Assembly (NCBI GenBank): GCA_963701965.1
Contig: OY969695.1
Location: 4,896,001 to 4,960,000, forward strand
Direction: 5' to 3'
DNA: 64,000 nt
Source: an uncultured Gemmatimonadales bacterium
Lineage (GTDB): Bacteria > Gemmatimonadota > Gemmatimonadetes > Gemmatimonadales > Gemmatimonadaceae
Shown here: positions 9,690 through 21,140 of the stretch, one piece after another
Position numbering within the stretch: the first letter of the stretch is position 1
How the letters are laid out: each line of letters starts with the position of its first letter
Position numbers and translations under genes: made by a program
Notes under the pieces: model-generated
The model's input: only the letters and a program-made list of their open reading frames with translations
What the model was told of the DNA's origin: nothing
Databases searched by the model: none

Positions 9690-11726
9690 ATGGGCCCGTG
9701 CGTAACCGTGGCCGACGCGACGCAGGTACTCCGCGAACGGTTTGGCTACGAGACCTTTCGTCCCGGCCAGGAGCGGGCGGTGCGCGCCGTACTGGATGGC
9801 CGCGACGCCCTCGTCGTGCTGCCGACAGGCGGCGGGAAATCGCTGTGCTTTCAGATCCCGGCCTTGCTCTTTCCGGGTGTGACCGTGGTCGTCTCGCCGC
9901 TCATCTCCCTGATGAAGGATCAGGTGGATGCGCTTACGGCGCGCGGTTTGCCCGCGGCGTTCATCAATAGCACGCTGACCAGCGCACAGATCGCCGACCG
10001 GCTGGCCCGTGTGCAGCGCGGCGATCTCAAATTGTTGTACGTGGCGCCCGAGCGTTTCGACTTCGGGTCGGCGGCGACTCGGCTGCGCGCGGCGGGTGTT
10101 TCACTCCTCGCCGTCGATGAGGCGCACTGCATCAGCGAGTGGGGACATGATTTTCGGCCGAGTTACCAACGTCTGGGCGCGCTTCGCGCCGCCCTCGGCG
10201 AGCCACCCACCATCGCACTGACCGCGACGGCAACGCCCCTGGTGCGTGAGGATATCGCCAAGCACTTGGGGCTCAGAGAACCGGAGATCGTCGTAACCGG
10301 ATTCGATCGACGGAATCTGCGGTTTCATGTCGTGGCCACGAAGAACGACGCGCAAAAGGATGCCGCGCTCATTGACGCCCTGGGCTCCCGCGAGGGACTG
10401 GCGATCGTGTACGCCTCGACGCGGCGCGCGGTCGAGCGGCTGACCCCCGTACTGGAAAACTGCGGGATCCCGGCCGTCGGATACCATGCGGGTCTCGACG
10501 ACGATCGTCGCCGGGAAGTGCAGGACGCGTTCATGACCGAAAAGGTCCGCGCGGTCATCGCCACCAATGCGTTCGGCATGGGCATCGACAAGCGCAACGT
10601 GCGACTCGTGGTGCACCACACGATGCCGGGCTCGCTCGAGGCCTACTACCAGGAGGCCGGCCGCGCGGGGCGCGATGGCCAACCGGCCGACTGCTTTCTG
10701 CTGCATGCGTTCCAGGACCGGTTCACGCACGAGTTTTTCATCAAGGCCGCCTACCCGGAGCGCGCCCTCGTCGAGCGGGCCTATGATCTCCTGCGCCGGA
10801 CGTGTGGCGCATCCCCCATCCGGATTGGCCCGGACGACCTCGCCGAGCGACTGGGTGGCAAGACACAGGCTCGTGACACGGAGGCCGTGCTGCGGCTGCT
10901 GACTCGTGCCGGCGCGATCGCCGAAGGCGACGCGCCCTGGCGCTCGGTCGTCCGCCTGCTCGCCACGCCGGATCGCATCAAGCGCGAGCTCGACGGACCG
11001 GACGACCTTCTGGGCCGCGACATTCTGCGGGCCCTGTGGCGGCTGGCGGGCAGCGCGTTGCACTCGGGCGTCGCCGTGGACCTGGGCGCTTTGCCACCGG
11101 GATTGGGCGGGGCGGGGCAGGTGCTGGCCGTGCTTCGCGGCCTCGAGCAGCGCGGCTTCGTCACGGCCGAGCGGGCGTCCGGGGCGTCCCGATTGGCGAA
11201 CCCGGAGGCCTCGCTCGCGTCGTTTGGCGTCGACTGGAGCGCGCTCGGCCGGCGCCAAAAGGCAGACTTGGCGAAGGTCGACACGATGCAGAAGTACGCG
11301 TACGCCTCCACGTGCCGCCGCGCGTTCGTGCTGCGATATTTCGGGGATCCCTCGCTGACCCGGGGCAGCGCCTGCGATGGGTGCGACAATTGCTTGGGCC
11401 TCAAGTGGGAATCGGCGGCGACGGTCGCCGAGACGCCGCGGCGGAAGGGGCGTGGGCGCCGGGCGGAAGTCGTGGTGCCGACCGCGGTGGGGCCGGCCGA
11501 CACGCCGCTGTTCGAGAAGCTCCGGACGCTCCGGGGAGAGATCGCCCGGCGCGACAAGGTGCCCGCGTACGTGGTGTTTCCGGACCGCACGCTGGCCGAG
11601 TTGGCGGTGCGCCGGCCCAGCTCCATGGAGGCGCTGGCCGATGTGCGGGGGATCGGTCCGGCGAAGTTGGAGAAGTACGGTTCGCAGTTTTTGACTCTTA
11701 TTCGCGGCGACGGCGAGGCAGCCTGA
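9690..11726 (+). CDS. recQ: RecQ family ATP-dependent DNA helicase with HRDC domain (start 9690 or GTG 9708)
   Basis: [47 protein letters not shown], Zn-binding [29 protein letters not shown]. Confidence 0.95.
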   Translation: MGPCVTVADATQVLRERFGYETFRPGQERAVRAVLDGRDALVVLPTGGGKSLCFQIPALLFPGVTVVVSPLISLMKDQVDALTARGLPAAFINSTLTSAQIADRLARVQRGDLKLLYVAPERFDFGSAATRLRAAGVSLLAVDEAHCISEWGHDFRPSYQRLGALRAALGEPPTIALTATATPLVREDIAKHLGLREPEIVVTGFDRRNLRFHVVATKNDAQKDAALIDALGSREGLAIVYASTRRAVERLTPVLENCGIPAVGYHAGLDDDRRREVQDAFMTEKVRAVIATNAFGMGIDKRNVRLVVHHTMPGSLEAYYQEAGRAGRDGQPADCFLLHAFQDRFTHEFFIKAAYPERALVERAYDLLRRTCGASPIRIGPDDLAERLGGKTQARDTEAVLRLLTRAGAIAEGDAPWRSVVRLLATPDRIKRELDGPDDLLGRDILRALWRLAGSALHSGVAVDLGALPPGLGGAGQVLAVLRGLEQRGFVTAERASGASRLANPEASLASFGVDWSALGRRQKADLAKVDTMQKYAYASTCRRAFVLRYFGDPSLTRGSACDGCDNCLGLKWESAATVAETPRRKGRGRRAEVVVPTAVGPADTPLFEKLRTLRGEIARRDKVPAYVVFPDRTLAELAVRRPSSMEALADVRGIGPAKLEKYGSQFLTLIRGDGEAA

Positions 11727-11728
11727 CA

Positions 11729-12946
11729 ATGGACGATGCTCTCTATTTCAGCGACCAGCATTTTCAAGTGCGCGACATGGTGCGCGCGTTCGCGCAGCAG
11801 GAGATCGCGCCGGTGGCCGCGCGCTTCGACGCCAGCGCCGAGTTCCCTTGGGAGAATATCAAGAAGATGGGCGAGCTCGGGCTCTTCGGGATTCCGTGGC
11901 CCGAGGATCTGGGCGGGTCGGGGCTCGATCTTCTGAGCTACATGATCGTGCTGCACGAGCTGGCCAAGGTCGATGCGTCGCACGCCATCACGGTCTCGGC
12001 GCACACGACCCTCGGCACGTCGCCGATCGTGAACTTCGGCACGCCGGAGCAGAAGCGCCGCTATGTCCCGTTGCTGGCGAGCGGTCGCGTCCTGGGAGGA
12101 TTCGGGCTCACGGAGCCCGGCGCCGGCAGCGACGCCGCGGGCACCCGGACCACCGCGGTCCGCAAGGGCAGCCATTATGTGCTCAACGGGTCGAAGATCT
12201 TCATCACGCATGGCGGTGTCGGCGAGATCTTTGTCGTGACCGCGGTCACGGATCCGTCTTCGGGCACGAAGGGCATCAGCTCGTTCATCCTGACAAAGAA
12301 CACGGTCGATCTCGACAAGGCGCGCGCGTTGGGCATCGGCCACGACGACTCGCTGGCGCCGCTCACCGGGTTTCGCGCGGGCAAGAAAGAGGACAAGCTC
12401 GGGTGGCGCGCGTCCGACACGCGGGAGTTGTTCTTCGAGGATGTCGAGGTGCCGGCCGAGAATCTGCTGGGCGAGGAAGGCGCGGGGTTCACGAACTTCA
12501 TGCGAACCCTCGACTCGGGCCGGATCGGCATCGCGGCGCTATCGCTGGGCCTCGCCGAGGGGGCGTTCGAGCACGCGCTCCGCTACGCCAGCGTGCGCAA
12601 GCAGTTCGGCCAGGCGATCGCCGAGTTTCAAGGCGTGCAGTTTCAATTGTCGGACATGGCGACGGAGATCGAGGCGGGCAAACATCTCGTCTTTCACGCG
12701 GCCTGGATGGCGCAGCACGGGAAGCCGTACAGCAAGCAGGCGGCGATGGCCAAGCTCTTCTGCAGCGAGCTGGCGATGCGGGCCACAATCAAGGCCGTGC
12801 AGATCCACGGTGGATACGGCTATACGCGCGACTATCCGGTCGAGCGGATGATGCGGGATGCCAAGATCTGCGAGATCGGGGAAGGGACGTCCGAGATCCA
12901 GCGCTTGGTGATCGCGCGCCACCTCCTGCGCGAACTTCCCGACTAG
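11729..12946 (+). CDS. Acyl-CoA dehydrogenase
   Basis: [51 protein letters not shown]. Confidence 0.95.
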   Translation: MDDALYFSDQHFQVRDMVRAFAQQEIAPVAARFDASAEFPWENIKKMGELGLFGIPWPEDLGGSGLDLLSYMIVLHELAKVDASHAITVSAHTTLGTSPIVNFGTPEQKRRYVPLLASGRVLGGFGLTEPGAGSDAAGTRTTAVRKGSHYVLNGSKIFITHGGVGEIFVVTAVTDPSSGTKGISSFILTKNTVDLDKARALGIGHDDSLAPLTGFRAGKKEDKLGWRASDTRELFFEDVEVPAENLLGEEGAGFTNFMRTLDSGRIGIAALSLGLAEGAFEHALRYASVRKQFGQAIAEFQGVQFQLSDMATEIEAGKHLVFHAAWMAQHGKPYSKQAAMAKLFCSELAMRATIKAVQIHGGYGYTRDYPVERMMRDAKICEIGEGTSEIQRLVIARHLLRELPD

Positions 12947-14559
12947 CGCACGACCAGCGCCGTGAACGGCGCGACGTAGGCTTCGAGCGTCACGAGGCCG
13001 GCGACCAGGCCGGCGAGCAGCAGCGAGTGGACAAACACGAAGCGCAGGATCTGCCATTCGTGTCCATACCAGCGCGTGGTCGTGCTGGCGACCACGATGC
13101 TCTGCATGTCGATCATTTTGCCCATGACGCCGCCGGAGCTGTTGGCCGCCGCCATCAGCACGGGGCTCACGCCCACTTGCTGGGCCGTGATTTGCTGGAG
13201 GCTGCCGAACAGGACGTTCGAGCTGGTATCGGACCCGGTGAGGGCGACGCCGAGCCAGCCTAGGAGCGTGCCGAAGAACGGATACCAGGCGCCCGTGCGG
13301 GCGAAGGCGAGCCCGAGAATCGCATCCAGGCCCGAATACCGCGTGAGATAGCCGATCGCCAGCATCGCGGCGATCGTGAGGAGCGAGAGCTTCACGGTAT
13401 TGAGGGTGCGGCCGTAGATGCGCCAGATCTCGCGCGCCTTGTAGCCCATCGTGACCGCGGCGATGAGCGCGGCGACGAGAATGCCCGTGCCGGTGGCCGA
13501 GAGCCAGTTGAGGACAAAGGCGGCGGGCTCCGGTTTGGGCTTGGGCACGACCGGAGGCATGCGGAGGACGAGTTGGTCGAGGCCCGCGATCGTGAGGGTC
13601 GGCTTCGACCAGCCGTCGAGGAGCGCCTTCGTCTGGGGCAGGCCCCACAGGAACACGACCACGCTCAAGATGATCCATGGCGTCCAGGCTCGCAGCACTT
13701 CGCGACGATCGCCGGCCGGCTCCGCCGCGACGCGCGGGGCGTCTTTCGGATGCCATACCCGGAGGAGCGCGGTGACCGCAGCCATGGAGACGACGGCGGC
13801 AACGACGTTGACGAGCCACGGTCCGTGGTAATTCGAGATGAGCCACTGCGGGATCGCGAACGCGACGCCGGCGACGAGGAGCGCCGGCCAGATCGGCAGC
13901 ATGCGGCAGACGCCCGTATAGGCGACCATGAGCCAGAACGGGATGATCACGGCGAAGAAGCTGAGCTGGCGGCCGACCATGGCGCTCAGGGACATGAGCG
14001 AGATGCCGGTGACGCCGGCCAGCGCGATCAGCGGTGTTCCGAGTGCGCCGTAGGCGACTGGCGCGGTGTTGGCGATCAGGGAGAGGCCGGAGGCCTCGAG
14101 CGGCGAGAAGCCGAGGCCGATGAGGAGGGCGCCGGTGATGGCGACCGGGGTGCCGAACCCCGACGCCCCCTCAAAGAACGAGCCGAAGCAAAAGGCGACG
14201 AGCAGGAGTTGCAAGCGACGGTCGCCGGTGATGCCCGCGAGGCTCCTGCGCAGCACGTCGAATAGGCCGCGATCGAGCGTCAGCTGATAGAGGAAAATGA
14301 CATTGAGGATGATCCAGCCGATCGGCATCAGCCCGTATGCGGCGCCGAGCAGCGAGGCGCGGGCGACGAGTCCCGGCGGCATGTGCAGCACGGTGGCGGC
14401 GATGACCGCCGCCGTGGCCAGCGCCAGGAGCGCGGCGTAGTGCGCGCGGACGCGTCCTATGGCGATCGTGCCGAGCAGCACGACGATCGGCAGGGCCGCG
14501 ACCAGCGTCGAGATCAGCGGATTGCGCAGCGGATCGTAGATCTGCGACCACGGCGGCAT
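12943..14559 (-). CDS. L-lactate permease (LctP/LldP family)
   Basis: [50 protein letters not shown]. Confidence 0.93.
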   Translation of the reverse strand: MPPWSQIYDPLRNPLISTLVAALPIVVLLGTIAIGRVRAHYAALLALATAAVIAATVLHMPPGLVARASLLGAAYGLMPIGWIILNVIFLYQLTLDRGLFDVLRRSLAGITGDRRLQLLLVAFCFGSFFEGASGFGTPVAITGALLIGLGFSPLEASGLSLIANTAPVAYGALGTPLIALAGVTGISLMSLSAMVGRQLSFFAVIIPFWLMVAYTGVCRMLPIWPALLVAGVAFAIPQWLISNYHGPWLVNVVAAVVSMAAVTALLRVWHPKDAPRVAAEPAGDRREVLRAWTPWIILSVVVFLWGLPQTKALLDGWSKPTLTIAGLDQLVLRMPPVVPKPKPEPAAFVLNWLSATGTGILVAALIAAVTMGYKAREIWRIYGRTLNTVKLSLLTIAAMLAIGYLTRYSGLDAILGLAFARTGAWYPFFGTLLGWLGVALTGSDTSSNVLFGSLQQITAQQVGVSPVLMAAANSSGGVMGKMIDMQSIVVASTTTRWYGHEWQILRFVFVHSLLLAGLVAGLVTLEAYVAPFTALVVR

Positions 14560-14685
14560 GGGACCCCGGGCTCAGGTAGGCCGGGCAAATGTCCCGCCTC
14601 GCCGCGAGGCCCGCAAGGCTCGCTCGCGCGCCGATACCGGATCGTCACGATTCTTCAGTCGACAAGCGAACCCAACCGTAAAGGA

Positions 14686-16170
14686 CTACTGGAGCCGCCA
14701 GATGTCAAGTATGCCTGTCGTCTCGTGGTCGTTCGCGCTGCCCTCGGGGAGCGCGATTCTGCCGTCGGCGATAATCGGACTGTTCCAGTGGCCACCGCCG
14801 GCGGCCAAGGTCGTAACGAGGGTGCCGCTCGCCGGTTGATAGACGCGCAGCGCGCCGCCCGGATCGTAGACATAGAGGAGACCGCCCGCGACGACGGGGC
14901 TTGTGCCGCCATGACTGTTGTGCCATGCCGCGGCCAGGTGGCCACCGCTCACGGTCCACGCCGCGGTGCCACCGCGGTCGGCCGCGATGAGGAGTGCCCC
15001 TGTGGCGGTTTGCAGGACCGCCGGAGCGCTGAACAGCATCGCGCCCGATGGCGTGGAGATGATCTGCGCTTCGCCGCCTTGGTGCGGCGTCGTCCCGGCG
15101 ATCGTGGCACCCGAGAGCACGCGGATCGAGCCATCCTTGCCACCTTGCGCCACGGCGCCGCCACCGAGGAGCACGGGGGAACTGGAGCCCAAGTCCAAGT
15201 CGCTCTGCGCCAGCGCTCGGGTGTTCGTGGGCGTGTAGTTGCCTAACAAGTGCGTCGCGGACGAGTCGAGGCGCAGGATCGCGTCGCCCCAGTTGGTATT
15301 GCCATCCCACAGGCCGTTACCCGTCGCCACGTAGATATCCCCGGTGGCCGAATCGATGACCGCGCCGCTCCGTCCCCAGATGGCGGACAACGACTCCGCG
15401 CATTGGGTCGGCGCCAGGAGCGTGAGCTGATCGCTGCACAGCGCATTCCAGATGTGGCGGATCTGACCGCTCGCCGCGTCGAGAATGGCCACATGCCCCT
15501 GATAGGGCGGCGCGTCCCCGAAGTACCCACCGGTCACCGCGATCACGCGGCCGGTGATGTACGTCAACGACGACGCGATCTTTTCCGTGGCCGGGACCAT
15601 GCTAATGGACGTGCTCCAGACCACGTGCCCGTCCGCGACCGCGAGCTTCTGAATACGCCCGTCGGGTGACGCCGCATAGAGAAACTGGCGCCCGGGGTCC
15701 GCCACCGGGGTTGCGTTCGTGATCTGCGCCGAGCCCGCCCACGACGCGTAACCCGGCGGCGTGTACCGCCACAGGATGCCGCCCGTGTTCGCGTTCACCG
15801 CGATCGTCTTCCCGTACGTCGTGGTGACGAAGAACACATCGTGCGCCGCGCCGTTGACCACGACGCTGCTGAGATAGATCGGGGCGGCGTCCACGACGCC
15901 GTCGAGGGCAACCTGCTGCCGGCACATCGCCGCCACGTTGGACGCCGTGATGCCGGTCGGCGCCGTGGACACTCCGGATCGCCCGACATCGACATTGAAG
16001 CGGATCCAGTCGTGCCCCTGCGTCACGCGATCAGGGCCAATGGGGCAGGGCGCCGCGGCGTGGCCTGCCGGCGACGCCGTCGGCCCCCCGCAAAACGTGA
16101 CTGCCGGAAGGCCCGCGAGCAGAGCGGCGACCCACCACGACCGACGAAGCGACGTCACAGCTGCCTCCAT
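14686..16170 (-). CDS. Secreted PQQ-binding-like beta-propeller repeat protein
   Basis: Signal-like N-terminus; repeated propeller motifs (A..G..LW, IYVATGNG, DLDLGSSSP). Confidence 0.75.
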   Translation of the reverse strand: MEAAVTSLRRSWWVAALLAGLPAVTFCGGPTASPAGHAAAPCPIGPDRVTQGHDWIRFNVDVGRSGVSTAPTGITASNVAAMCRQQVALDGVVDAAPIYLSSVVVNGAAHDVFFVTTTYGKTIAVNANTGGILWRYTPPGYASWAGSAQITNATPVADPGRQFLYAASPDGRIQKLAVADGHVVWSTSISMVPATEKIASSLTYITGRVIAVTGGYFGDAPPYQGHVAILDAASGQIRHIWNALCSDQLTLLAPTQCAESLSAIWGRSGAVIDSATGDIYVATGNGLWDGNTNWGDAILRLDSSATHLLGNYTPTNTRALAQSDLDLGSSSPVLLGGGAVAQGGKDGSIRVLSGATIAGTTPHQGGEAQIISTPSGAMLFSAPAVLQTATGALLIAADRGGTAAWTVSGGHLAAAWHNSHGGTSPVVAGGLLYVYDPGGALRVYQPASGTLVTTLAAGGGHWNSPIIADGRIALPEGSANDHETTGILDIWRLQ

Positions 16171-16272
16171 GATACAATGCGGGGGTCCGCCTATCTTAGC
16201 GTAGATTTGCCAGTTGGCGCCCTCCCCGTTATTCATACTACGGTTGTCGACAAGTGAATTGTCACGTGTAAC

Positions 16273-16498
16273 CGGACCGGGCGACTCGCGGTCGTGGTTG
16301 CATGTTGTGTGAAATAGCCGCTCGCCCCCGTGATGTTCTCGTCGCAGGTGACGATGGATCGGTCGGAATACCCCGTGTCACAGCAGGCTGAAGAGCTCCG
16401 TGGCGGGGTCGCCGAAACCGACTACGCTGGCGTGGTGAGCCGCTTCGTATACCCCATCTATCAGTCCCGTCCCCGCCCGGATATCGAGTCGCGGTCCG
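16273..16498 (+). promoter_or_regulatory. Putative structured 5' leader of the RNase E/G gene
   Basis: 14-bp long-range stem 16273-16288 with 16485-16498, enclosing nested helices. Confidence 0.45.
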
Positions 16499-16519
16499 CT
16501 GGCGTGGGCATGGACCCCG

Positions 16520-18076
16520 ATGAAAAGAGAGATACTGATCAATGCGACCTCGCGGGAAACCCGGGTCGCTATCATGGAGGACGACCAGCTCGTCGAGCTC
16601 CTCGTTGACCGGCCGGACGCCCGCCGCATGGTGGGCGACATCTACCTGGGAAAGGTCGAGGCGGTGTTGCCTGGCATTCAGGCCGCCTTCGTCGACATAG
16701 GCACGGAGAAGAGCGCATTTCTCCACGCCTCGGACCTGGTGTTCGACGAAGATGCTGCGGCCGAGCGGGACGAAGAGGAAGAGGACGACGCTGCTGAGGA
16801 AGACAATGGGAAGGACAATGGACGGCCGAAAGCGCCGCCGATTCAGGATTCCCTGAAGCGCGGCCAACAGATCATCGTCCAGGTCTCCAAGGAACCCATC
16901 TCGACCAAAGGCCCCCGCGTCACGGCCCAGATCTCATTGGCCGGCCGGTTCCTCGTCTACATGCCCGACGCCTCGCGCGTCGGCATTAGCCGGAAGATCG
17001 GCGAGCGGGCCGAACGACACCGGTTACGCGACATGGTGCGGGGCGCGCTCCCCGAGAACAGCGGCGGAGTCATCGTCCGCACCGTGGGAGAGGACGCCAC
17101 GGAGGAGACGTTCAAGCGCGAGCTGACGACTCTCATGAACACCTGGAAGCGCGTCCACCGGAAGACCCAATTCATGCGGGCGCCGGCGCTGGTCCACCGC
17201 GAGACCAACCTCACGCGCGGCATCATCCGGGACCTGTTCTCGACCAAAGTCGACAGCCTTACCGTCGACAGCAAGCAGATCTTCAACGAGATCGTCGAGT
17301 ACCTGAAAGGCATCGCGCCCGATCTGATCGAGCGGGTGACGCTGTACGACGGCCCGTTGCCGTTGTTCGACAAAGCCGAGATCGAGACGGAGATCCGCGA
17401 CCTTTTCAAGCGGCGCTGTGATCTCCCGTCCGGCGGCTACCTCATCATCGAGCCCACGGAAGCCCTGGTCTCGATCGACGTGAATTCCGGTCGTTACACC
17501 GGCAAGAAGGATCCGGAGAAGACGATCCTCAAGACGAATCTCGAGGCGGCCCGGGAAGTGGCGCGGCAGATCCGGCTGCGCGACGTCGGCGGCATCATCG
17601 TCTGCGACTTCATCGACATGGAGACCAAGCAGAACCGCGAGCGCGTCCTGCAGGATCTCCGCACCCACCTGGGCCGCGATCGGGCCCGCACGAAAGCGTT
17701 CGCCGTCAGTGACCTCGGGCTCATCGAGATGACCCGCCAGCGCGTGCGGCAGAGCCATCTCCAGAGCATGACCGAGCCGTGCCCCACGTGCCACGGCACC
17801 GGCCGGGTGTTCACGCCCGAGGCCATCATCCGCCGCGTGGAGCGGTCTGTGCGCCGGATCGTGGTGGAAGGGAAGCGCGACAACCTCGTCGTCCGGCTGC
17901 ACCCCGACGTCGCCATGTACGTGCGGGAGCAGGAAAACGACCTGCTCCGCAAGCTCGAAAAGGGCGCCGGGTTCTCGATCGAGTTCCGGGACGATCCGCT
18001 GCTCAGACCGGACGAGTTCAAGATTGTCGTCAAGTCCGCCGGACGGGATGTGACGCAGCAGTACGCGGTCGCCTGA
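16520..18076 (+). CDS. Rne/Rng family ribonuclease (RNase G-length catalytic domain)
   Basis: S1 domain GDIYLGKV..QAAFVDIG, KGPRVT, SIDVNSG, GGIIVCDFIDM, EMTRQR, CPTCHGTG. Confidence 0.95.
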   Translation: MKREILINATSRETRVAIMEDDQLVELLVDRPDARRMVGDIYLGKVEAVLPGIQAAFVDIGTEKSAFLHASDLVFDEDAAAERDEEEEDDAAEEDNGKDNGRPKAPPIQDSLKRGQQIIVQVSKEPISTKGPRVTAQISLAGRFLVYMPDASRVGISRKIGERAERHRLRDMVRGALPENSGGVIVRTVGEDATEETFKRELTTLMNTWKRVHRKTQFMRAPALVHRETNLTRGIIRDLFSTKVDSLTVDSKQIFNEIVEYLKGIAPDLIERVTLYDGPLPLFDKAEIETEIRDLFKRRCDLPSGGYLIIEPTEALVSIDVNSGRYTGKKDPEKTILKTNLEAAREVARQIRLRDVGGIIVCDFIDMETKQNRERVLQDLRTHLGRDRARTKAFAVSDLGLIEMTRQRVRQSHLQSMTEPCPTCHGTGRVFTPEAIIRRVERSVRRIVVEGKRDNLVVRLHPDVAMYVREQENDLLRKLEKGAGFSIEFRDDPLLRPDEFKIVVKSAGRDVTQQYAVA

Positions 18077-18101
18077 CGAAGCGTCGCCTAGCGCGACCGC
18101 G

Positions 18102-19160
18102 TCACCCCCCGGCAAGCTGGGCGCGCGTCCAGAGCAGGATCTTGAGGCAGCGGTTGGCTTCGCCGGGGAACGCCATGGGCACGGGCTCGCTCGGCTGATA
18201 GACCTCGATCGCGATCAGATCCTTGGGCGGCGGCAGCATCAACTCGTCCGGCCCGCCCACCGGCTCGTTCGTCCCCGGGATGTACGCGTTGGTCGCCTGG
18301 CCGTTCCCGACCACCGCGCCATCGATCACATACAACGTGCAATCGCCGTAGTTGTTGATCGTCGTCGGACCGCGGGCGCTGAACACCCGCAACACGCCGT
18401 GATGGTCGTCGATCACGCGCAAGCCCGGCACGGTGCGAAACAACTCGGGCGTATCGACCACGTCTCGCCGCTCGATCTGGTCCTGCGTCATGAAGTGCCC
18501 GACCCCGATCCGCTTGCGCTCGCTGAACCCTATGTCGCGGTACACCGCAGTCAGGCGTAAACGGTCCGCCGCCACGCGCACCACCTCCAACATGGGCGGC
18601 AGCCGCTGCATGGTGACATCGGTCGTTCGCGGCGTATCCGCGGCGAGATCCACCGGCACGACCGCCGCGCCGAGCCCCACGCTCCGCACGATGAGCACCT
18701 GGGAACCCGCGGGCAGGCCCGGCATCCGATAGCGGCCATCGCTGCTGGCGTTCACGGTGGCATTGTTGCCGAGCACCGTGATCGTCGCGCTGGGCACCGG
18801 GTCGCCCGCCGCGGTGACGATGCGCCCGGTCACGACCGCGCGACTGGAGTCGTCGCGGCGGGTCACCCGGAGGTCCGCCTGGTCGCCCGCCGACACCGGC
18901 AGGTAGGCGGCCGGCGCCGAACCCACGTGCGCCTGGATGAGCGCCCGCTTGCCGTCGACGCACACCTGGTACCGTCCGGCGGTGTCGCTCGTGGTCTCCC
19001 GGCCGAACGTCGACTGGTCCAGGCCAATACCGGTGACCACGGCACCAGGCACGGGTTTATCCGTGTCGGTCTCCAGCACACGACCCGAGACGCAGAGTTG
19101 CGCCCGGGCAGGCAAGGCGACCGCACTCACGGCGGTCGCGACGGCAAGCAGTCGCCTCAT
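18102..19160 (-). CDS. Secreted protein with carboxypeptidase-regulatory-like domains and a TonB-plug-like C-terminus
   Basis: Signal peptide ending ARA-Q; GRVLE..PVPGAVV; second domain G.PVPSATITV; GVGHFMT..QIE, IAIEVY, ILLWT. Confidence 0.7.
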   Translation of the reverse strand: MRRLLAVATAVSAVALPARAQLCVSGRVLETDTDKPVPGAVVTGIGLDQSTFGRETTSDTAGRYQVCVDGKRALIQAHVGSAPAAYLPVSAGDQADLRVTRRDDSSRAVVTGRIVTAAGDPVPSATITVLGNNATVNASSDGRYRMPGLPAGSQVLIVRSVGLGAAVVPVDLAADTPRTTDVTMQRLPPMLEVVRVAADRLRLTAVYRDIGFSERKRIGVGHFMTQDQIERRDVVDTPELFRTVPGLRVIDDHHGVLRVFSARGPTTINNYGDCTLYVIDGAVVGNGQATNAYIPGTNEPVGGPDELMLPPPKDLIAIEVYQPSEPVPMAFPGEANRCLKILLWTRAQLAGG

Positions 19161-19163
19161 ACG

Positions 19164-19192
19164 TTGACAAATCCCGTTGGCACAAATAGCCT
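19164..19192 (+). promoter_or_regulatory. Sigma70-type promoter for rplU-rpmA
   Basis: TTGACA (19164-19169), 17-nt spacer, TAGCCT (19187-19192); ATG begins 9 nt after the -10. Confidence 0.7.
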
Positions 19193-19200
19193 TACAGGCT

Positions 19201-19521
19201 ATGGCATACGCGATCATCCGTACGGCTGGCAAGCAATTCCGCGTCGAGCCGGGGAAAAAGGTACGCTTGCCGAGCCTCGAAGGCGAGGCTGGCGCGTCGG
19301 TGCGGTTCGACGAAGTGCTGGTCGGATCGGATGGTACGACGGTCCACACGGGAACTCCGCTTGTCGGCGGGGCGTCGGTGACGGCCGAGATCGTGCGTCA
19401 CGGCCTGGGCGACAAGATCGTCGTGTTCAAGTTCAAGCGCCGCAAGAACTACGCCCGCAAGCAGGGGCACCGGCAGGGCTATACCGAAGTCCGCATCACC
19501 GATATCTCACTCGGATCCTGA
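19201..19521 (+). CDS. rplU: 50S ribosomal protein L21
   Basis: [13 protein letters not shown]...[21 protein letters not shown]. Confidence 0.98.
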   Translation: MAYAIIRTAGKQFRVEPGKKVRLPSLEGEAGASVRFDEVLVGSDGTTVHTGTPLVGGASVTAEIVRHGLGDKIVVFKFKRRKNYARKQGHRQGYTEVRITDISLGS

Positions 19522-19522
19522 C

Positions 19523-19789
19523 ATGGCTCATAAGAAGGGCGTCGGCTCCTCGCGCAACGGGCGCGATTCGAACCCGCAATATCGCGGGGTCAAGAAGTAC
19601 GGGGGCGAGCACGTACGCGCCGGCAATATCATCATCCGCCAGTGCGGCACGAAGGTGCATCCCGGCCGCAACGTCGGCCTGGGCTCCGACTTCACGATCT
19701 ACGCGCTCATCGACGGCGTGGTGAAGTTCGAGCACAAGAACAAGCTCCGGTACAAGGTCAGCGTCTACCCCGAGCCCACGGCCGCGTAA
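19523..19789 (+). CDS. rpmA: 50S ribosomal protein L27
   Basis: [24 protein letters not shown]. Confidence 0.98.
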   Translation: MAHKKGVGSSRNGRDSNPQYRGVKKYGGEHVRAGNIIIRQCGTKVHPGRNVGLGSDFTIYALIDGVVKFEHKNKLRYKVSVYPEPTAA

Positions 19790-19808
19790 CGCATCGCGAC
19801 TCGCGAGG

Positions 19809-19842
19809 AAAAAAAGGGGCCGCCCCTCGGGCGGCCCCCTTT
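19809..19842. terminator. Bidirectional rho-independent terminator
   Basis: A-run, GGGGCCGCCC / GGGCGGCCCC hairpin, then TTT, between convergent rpmA and amidohydrolase genes. Confidence 0.8.
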
Positions 19843-19856
19843 CGCATCTGTTGTGC

Positions 19857-21140
19857 TCAGGGTGCTTGGTACGTCGGACGCGGCAGACTCTTGTAGCGCT
19901 GCATCAGTTGATCCTGACGTGAGGGTGCCGTCACCGGTTTCCCGTGGATCAGCACGACCTCGGCACGCGTGCTGAACTCGAACGGATCCCCGCTCCAGAC
20001 CACGACGTTCGCCGAGCGACCTGCTTGGAGCGAACCCACGCGGTCCGCGACTCCGAAGGCTTCGGCCGGGGCCAGCGTGATGGCGCGGAGCGCCTCGTCC
20101 CACGCCAGGCCATAGGCGACCGCTTCGCCTGCCTCCTGGCGAATGTTGCGGATGTTGAACGGCGACGTGTCCTCCTCAGCGGCGTTTCCGATGAGCATCA
20201 CCGACACGCCCGCGCGGCGCAGCAGCATCGCATTGTCTTGCCGCTGCCCCAAGCGCTCGAAACTCTCCGGCACATTGTTCATCGCACCGGTGAGCACGGG
20301 CACCTTCGCGGCGGCGAGTGCGCCCGCCACCTCCCACGCTTCGGCGCCCCCGGCGATCATGATGTTGAGCTTGTATTCCTTTGCGATCGCGATCGCCTGG
20401 GTGATGTCGCTGGCCCGGTCGGCCACGATCACCAGCGGCAGTTTCCCGTCGAGCACCGGGCGCAGGGCTTCGAGATCGGCACGGCTCGCGGAGAGCGGGC
20501 GCGACTGCGCGCGGTCGTACGCCTCGGGGTTCTTGGCGTAGCTGCGCACGTCGTCGAACAGCTCGCGCAGGCGTCCGGTGACCTCTCCGCGAGCCGTGAA
20601 GCCCGCGGACTGGGCATCGCCGATCTGCCCAAACATGGCAGCTGGCGCGCGGATCATCATCTCCGCGACGGGTCCGTCCGCGAGGTCGACCATGATCGCC
20701 TGGCCGGCAATGACATTGCCGCCGTCGGGGGTCGCGACCACACTCGTGACGCCGTCATTCCGCGTGGGTTGGATCAACACCGAGTGCGGGTTGAAGCCAT
20801 CCGCCACGCGGAACGCCGCGGAGACCGCATTCGCCCCTTTCGCCGTCGCATCCCGCGTATCGGGGACGGCCTGCACTTCTTCCACGCCGAGCAGGGTCGC
20901 CGAGTTGATGAGTCCCGGCGTCACCCATTTGCCGGTGGCGTCGATCCTCTGGGCGCCCGACGGCACTGCGACGTTCGCGCCGACCGCGACGATCTTGCCG
21001 TCCCGGATCACCACCGTGCCGTGGTCGATCTTCGGGCCGCTCACCGGATAGACCGTGCCGCCGACGATCGCGATCGTCTGGGCCCCGGCGGCGCCGGCCG
21101 CCGACCCCGCGATGAGCAGGACTGCGAGCGCGCGTATCAT
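19857..21140 (-). CDS. Secreted amidohydrolase-family protein with degenerate metal site
   Basis: Signal peptide; IDATGKWVTPGLINSAT (HxH absent), ALRAITLAPA, GSLQAGRSANVVVW. Confidence 0.85.
   Translation of the reverse strand: MIRALAVLLIAGSAAGAAGAQTIAIVGGTVYPVSGPKIDHGTVVIRDGKIVAVGANVAVPSGAQRIDATGKWVTPGLINSATLLGVEEVQAVPDTRDATAKGANAVSAAFRVADGFNPHSVLIQPTRNDGVTSVVATPDGGNVIAGQAIMVDLADGPVAEMMIRAPAAMFGQIGDAQSAGFTARGEVTGRLRELFDDVRSYAKNPEAYDRAQSRPLSASRADLEALRPVLDGKLPLVIVADRASDITQAIAIAKEYKLNIMIAGGAEAWEVAGALAAAKVPVLTGAMNNVPESFERLGQRQDNAMLLRRAGVSVMLIGNAAEEDTSPFNIRNIRQEAGEAVAYGLAWDEALRAITLAPAEAFGVADRVGSLQAGRSANVVVWSGDPFEFSTRAEVVLIHGKPVTAPSRQDQLMQRYKSLPRPTYQAP

Noticed and set aside
1142..13846. Long antisense or alternate-frame ORFs (e.g. 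3241-5088, 6705-8282, 10101-11729)
   Set aside because: Arg/Gly/Ala-rich shadows of well-supported genes, expected in high-GC DNA
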